Source: Amoeboaphelidium protococcarum X5
Lineage: Eukaryota > Fungi > Aphelidiomycota
DNA length: 64,000 nucleotides
Direction: 5' to 3'
Assembly: GCA_023515725.1 (NCBI GenBank)
Contig: JALDTO010000162.1
Location: 479,555 to 543,554 of the forward strand
Part shown: one piece after another, positions 62,895 through 64,000 of the stretch
How positions within the stretch are numbered: the first letter of the stretch is position 1
How the letters are laid out: each line of letters begins with the position of its first letter
The notes under the pieces: generated by a model
Seen by the model: only the letters and a program-made list of their open reading frames with translations
Databases searched by the model: none
What the model was told of the DNA's origin: nothing
Program-made: the position numbers and the translations under genes

Positions 62895-64000
62895 TCATAA
62901 ATCCTTCTTATTTTCAAGCGGCACACTATCATCCATCACAAACATTTTCAAATGCATTTTGATCAAAAATCTCAGCATGAACATAGATACTATAAGGGCG
63001 GCGACACTAATAACGTTCTGAAACGCGTAGCTGCTTAGTATAGTCTACGTGTTAACGGTGGTAAAAGCCGTATTGAGAGCAGGCTTTCTGAATTGCGACA
63101 AATATGTAGGCGTTATCAGAAAAGCCAGCTAAAGCACCATACTAGACAATGCTCCAAGCAGAGCAAATGGAGATCTCATTCCAGACAGTGCCACGCTCAC
63201 CATGTTCACGAGGATAGTAGTCATACAGGTTCCGACCTTGAATTGTAACACTGTATAATCAACCGAGTTACCATTCAAAATCAAAAGATAGAGCTCCAAT
63301 AGAAACATTACATTGTCGATTACAATACATGCAATAGATACAAGATATGCTTAAGTTGCGTACTAGCATTTAGTAATACTACGATATGCAATCATGACGA
63401 GCAGCAAAGCAGCTAGTACGGAGCACTTGATTATGTTACCCATCTCAATAGAGCCCAACTGCAGCGAGAGCAAACTCAGCAGTAAATCAAAAGAGATGGC
63501 CACAAAAATATTTGTCCACACTGCTTTCGCAGCTGATCTATCGTAATTACTGTTGAATACAGAGGGAGTATGAAAATACCATCTATTCCACCACGGTTTC
63601 TTCTGAAGCACTTAAGTGTTGCTACGGATATTACTTACTTTTTACGCGTAAAATAACACACGAGACGATACCAATATTCTATACTTGATAAGTAACGAAA
63701 ATGCTGCCATCTTTAGGCAGCCCAAAAATAAAGGAAGACTCGCACGCAGATTATCCAACGGGTTTCCAATGACAGTGGCAACCATTATAATTTGACCAAG
63801 TATAGGGATTATAGCCATTGAGAGTGATTGCACAAGACTAGCAAACGATCCGGCACATAGAGCAAAGATTATAGCGTAGTACTCAACCTGATGAAACGCC
63901 AAAGTGCCCGAGACCTGACCATACACTCTATTTATATATTTGTATTCCGTAAGGTAATACACTGCTGTCATCTGAAGTAGCAGAAATAGCGTAGATACGA
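62895..64000 (-). CDS. multi-pass membrane protein (MFS-like), 5' end outside the window
   Basis: Track ORFs 63642 and 63363 are in one frame continuing to TGA 62895; many hydrophobic segments. Confidence 0.65.

Noticed and set aside
1-64000. tRNA, rRNA or CRISPR arrays
   Set aside because: No cloverleaf, rRNA signature or repeat-spacer array seen by eye; small ncRNAs could have been missed

Overview
Gene-dense eukaryotic nuclear DNA of fungal/opisthokont type. It is read with a reassigned genetic code: TAA and TAG sit in-frame at Gln positions in nearly every conserved gene, and every gene ends at TGA (translation table 6). This is why the supplied standard-code ORF track is fragmented. The code, gene content and short introns suggest an aphelid such as Amoeboaphelidium protococcarum (inference). 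Re-read with TAR=Gln, the window holds about 30 host genes, including NIPA, UBE3A-like, cyclin, PAN3, RBM26/27, AIFM1, ODC, Met30-like, IDH, ERF4, PTRHD1, VMA7, HPS1-like, JJJ1, importin-beta, IQSEC-like, IQ-BAG, mitoribosomal proteins, eL41, Sec8, TBCC, ETFDH, VMA8, TCD, LSG1 and EME1. Three accessory areas interrupt them. (1) About 6-10.4 kb: a MULE remnant, PD-(D/E)xK-like ORFs and a kinase-like pseudogene. (2) About 20.5-29.2 kb: an XPG/PIN nuclease with a possible Fanzor-like N-terminal extension, and a 5'-truncated Fanzor1 with a RuvC-III D->V change followed by a candidate omegaRNA. (3) About 46.1-49.6 kb: a DDE transposase with a 3'-5' exonuclease inserted in it. A Mes1/OSD1-like APC/C regulator (KEN box, D-box-like motif, MR tail) at 25543-26256 is invisible to the ORF track. 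All calls come from manual translation and recalled motifs; no searches were run.
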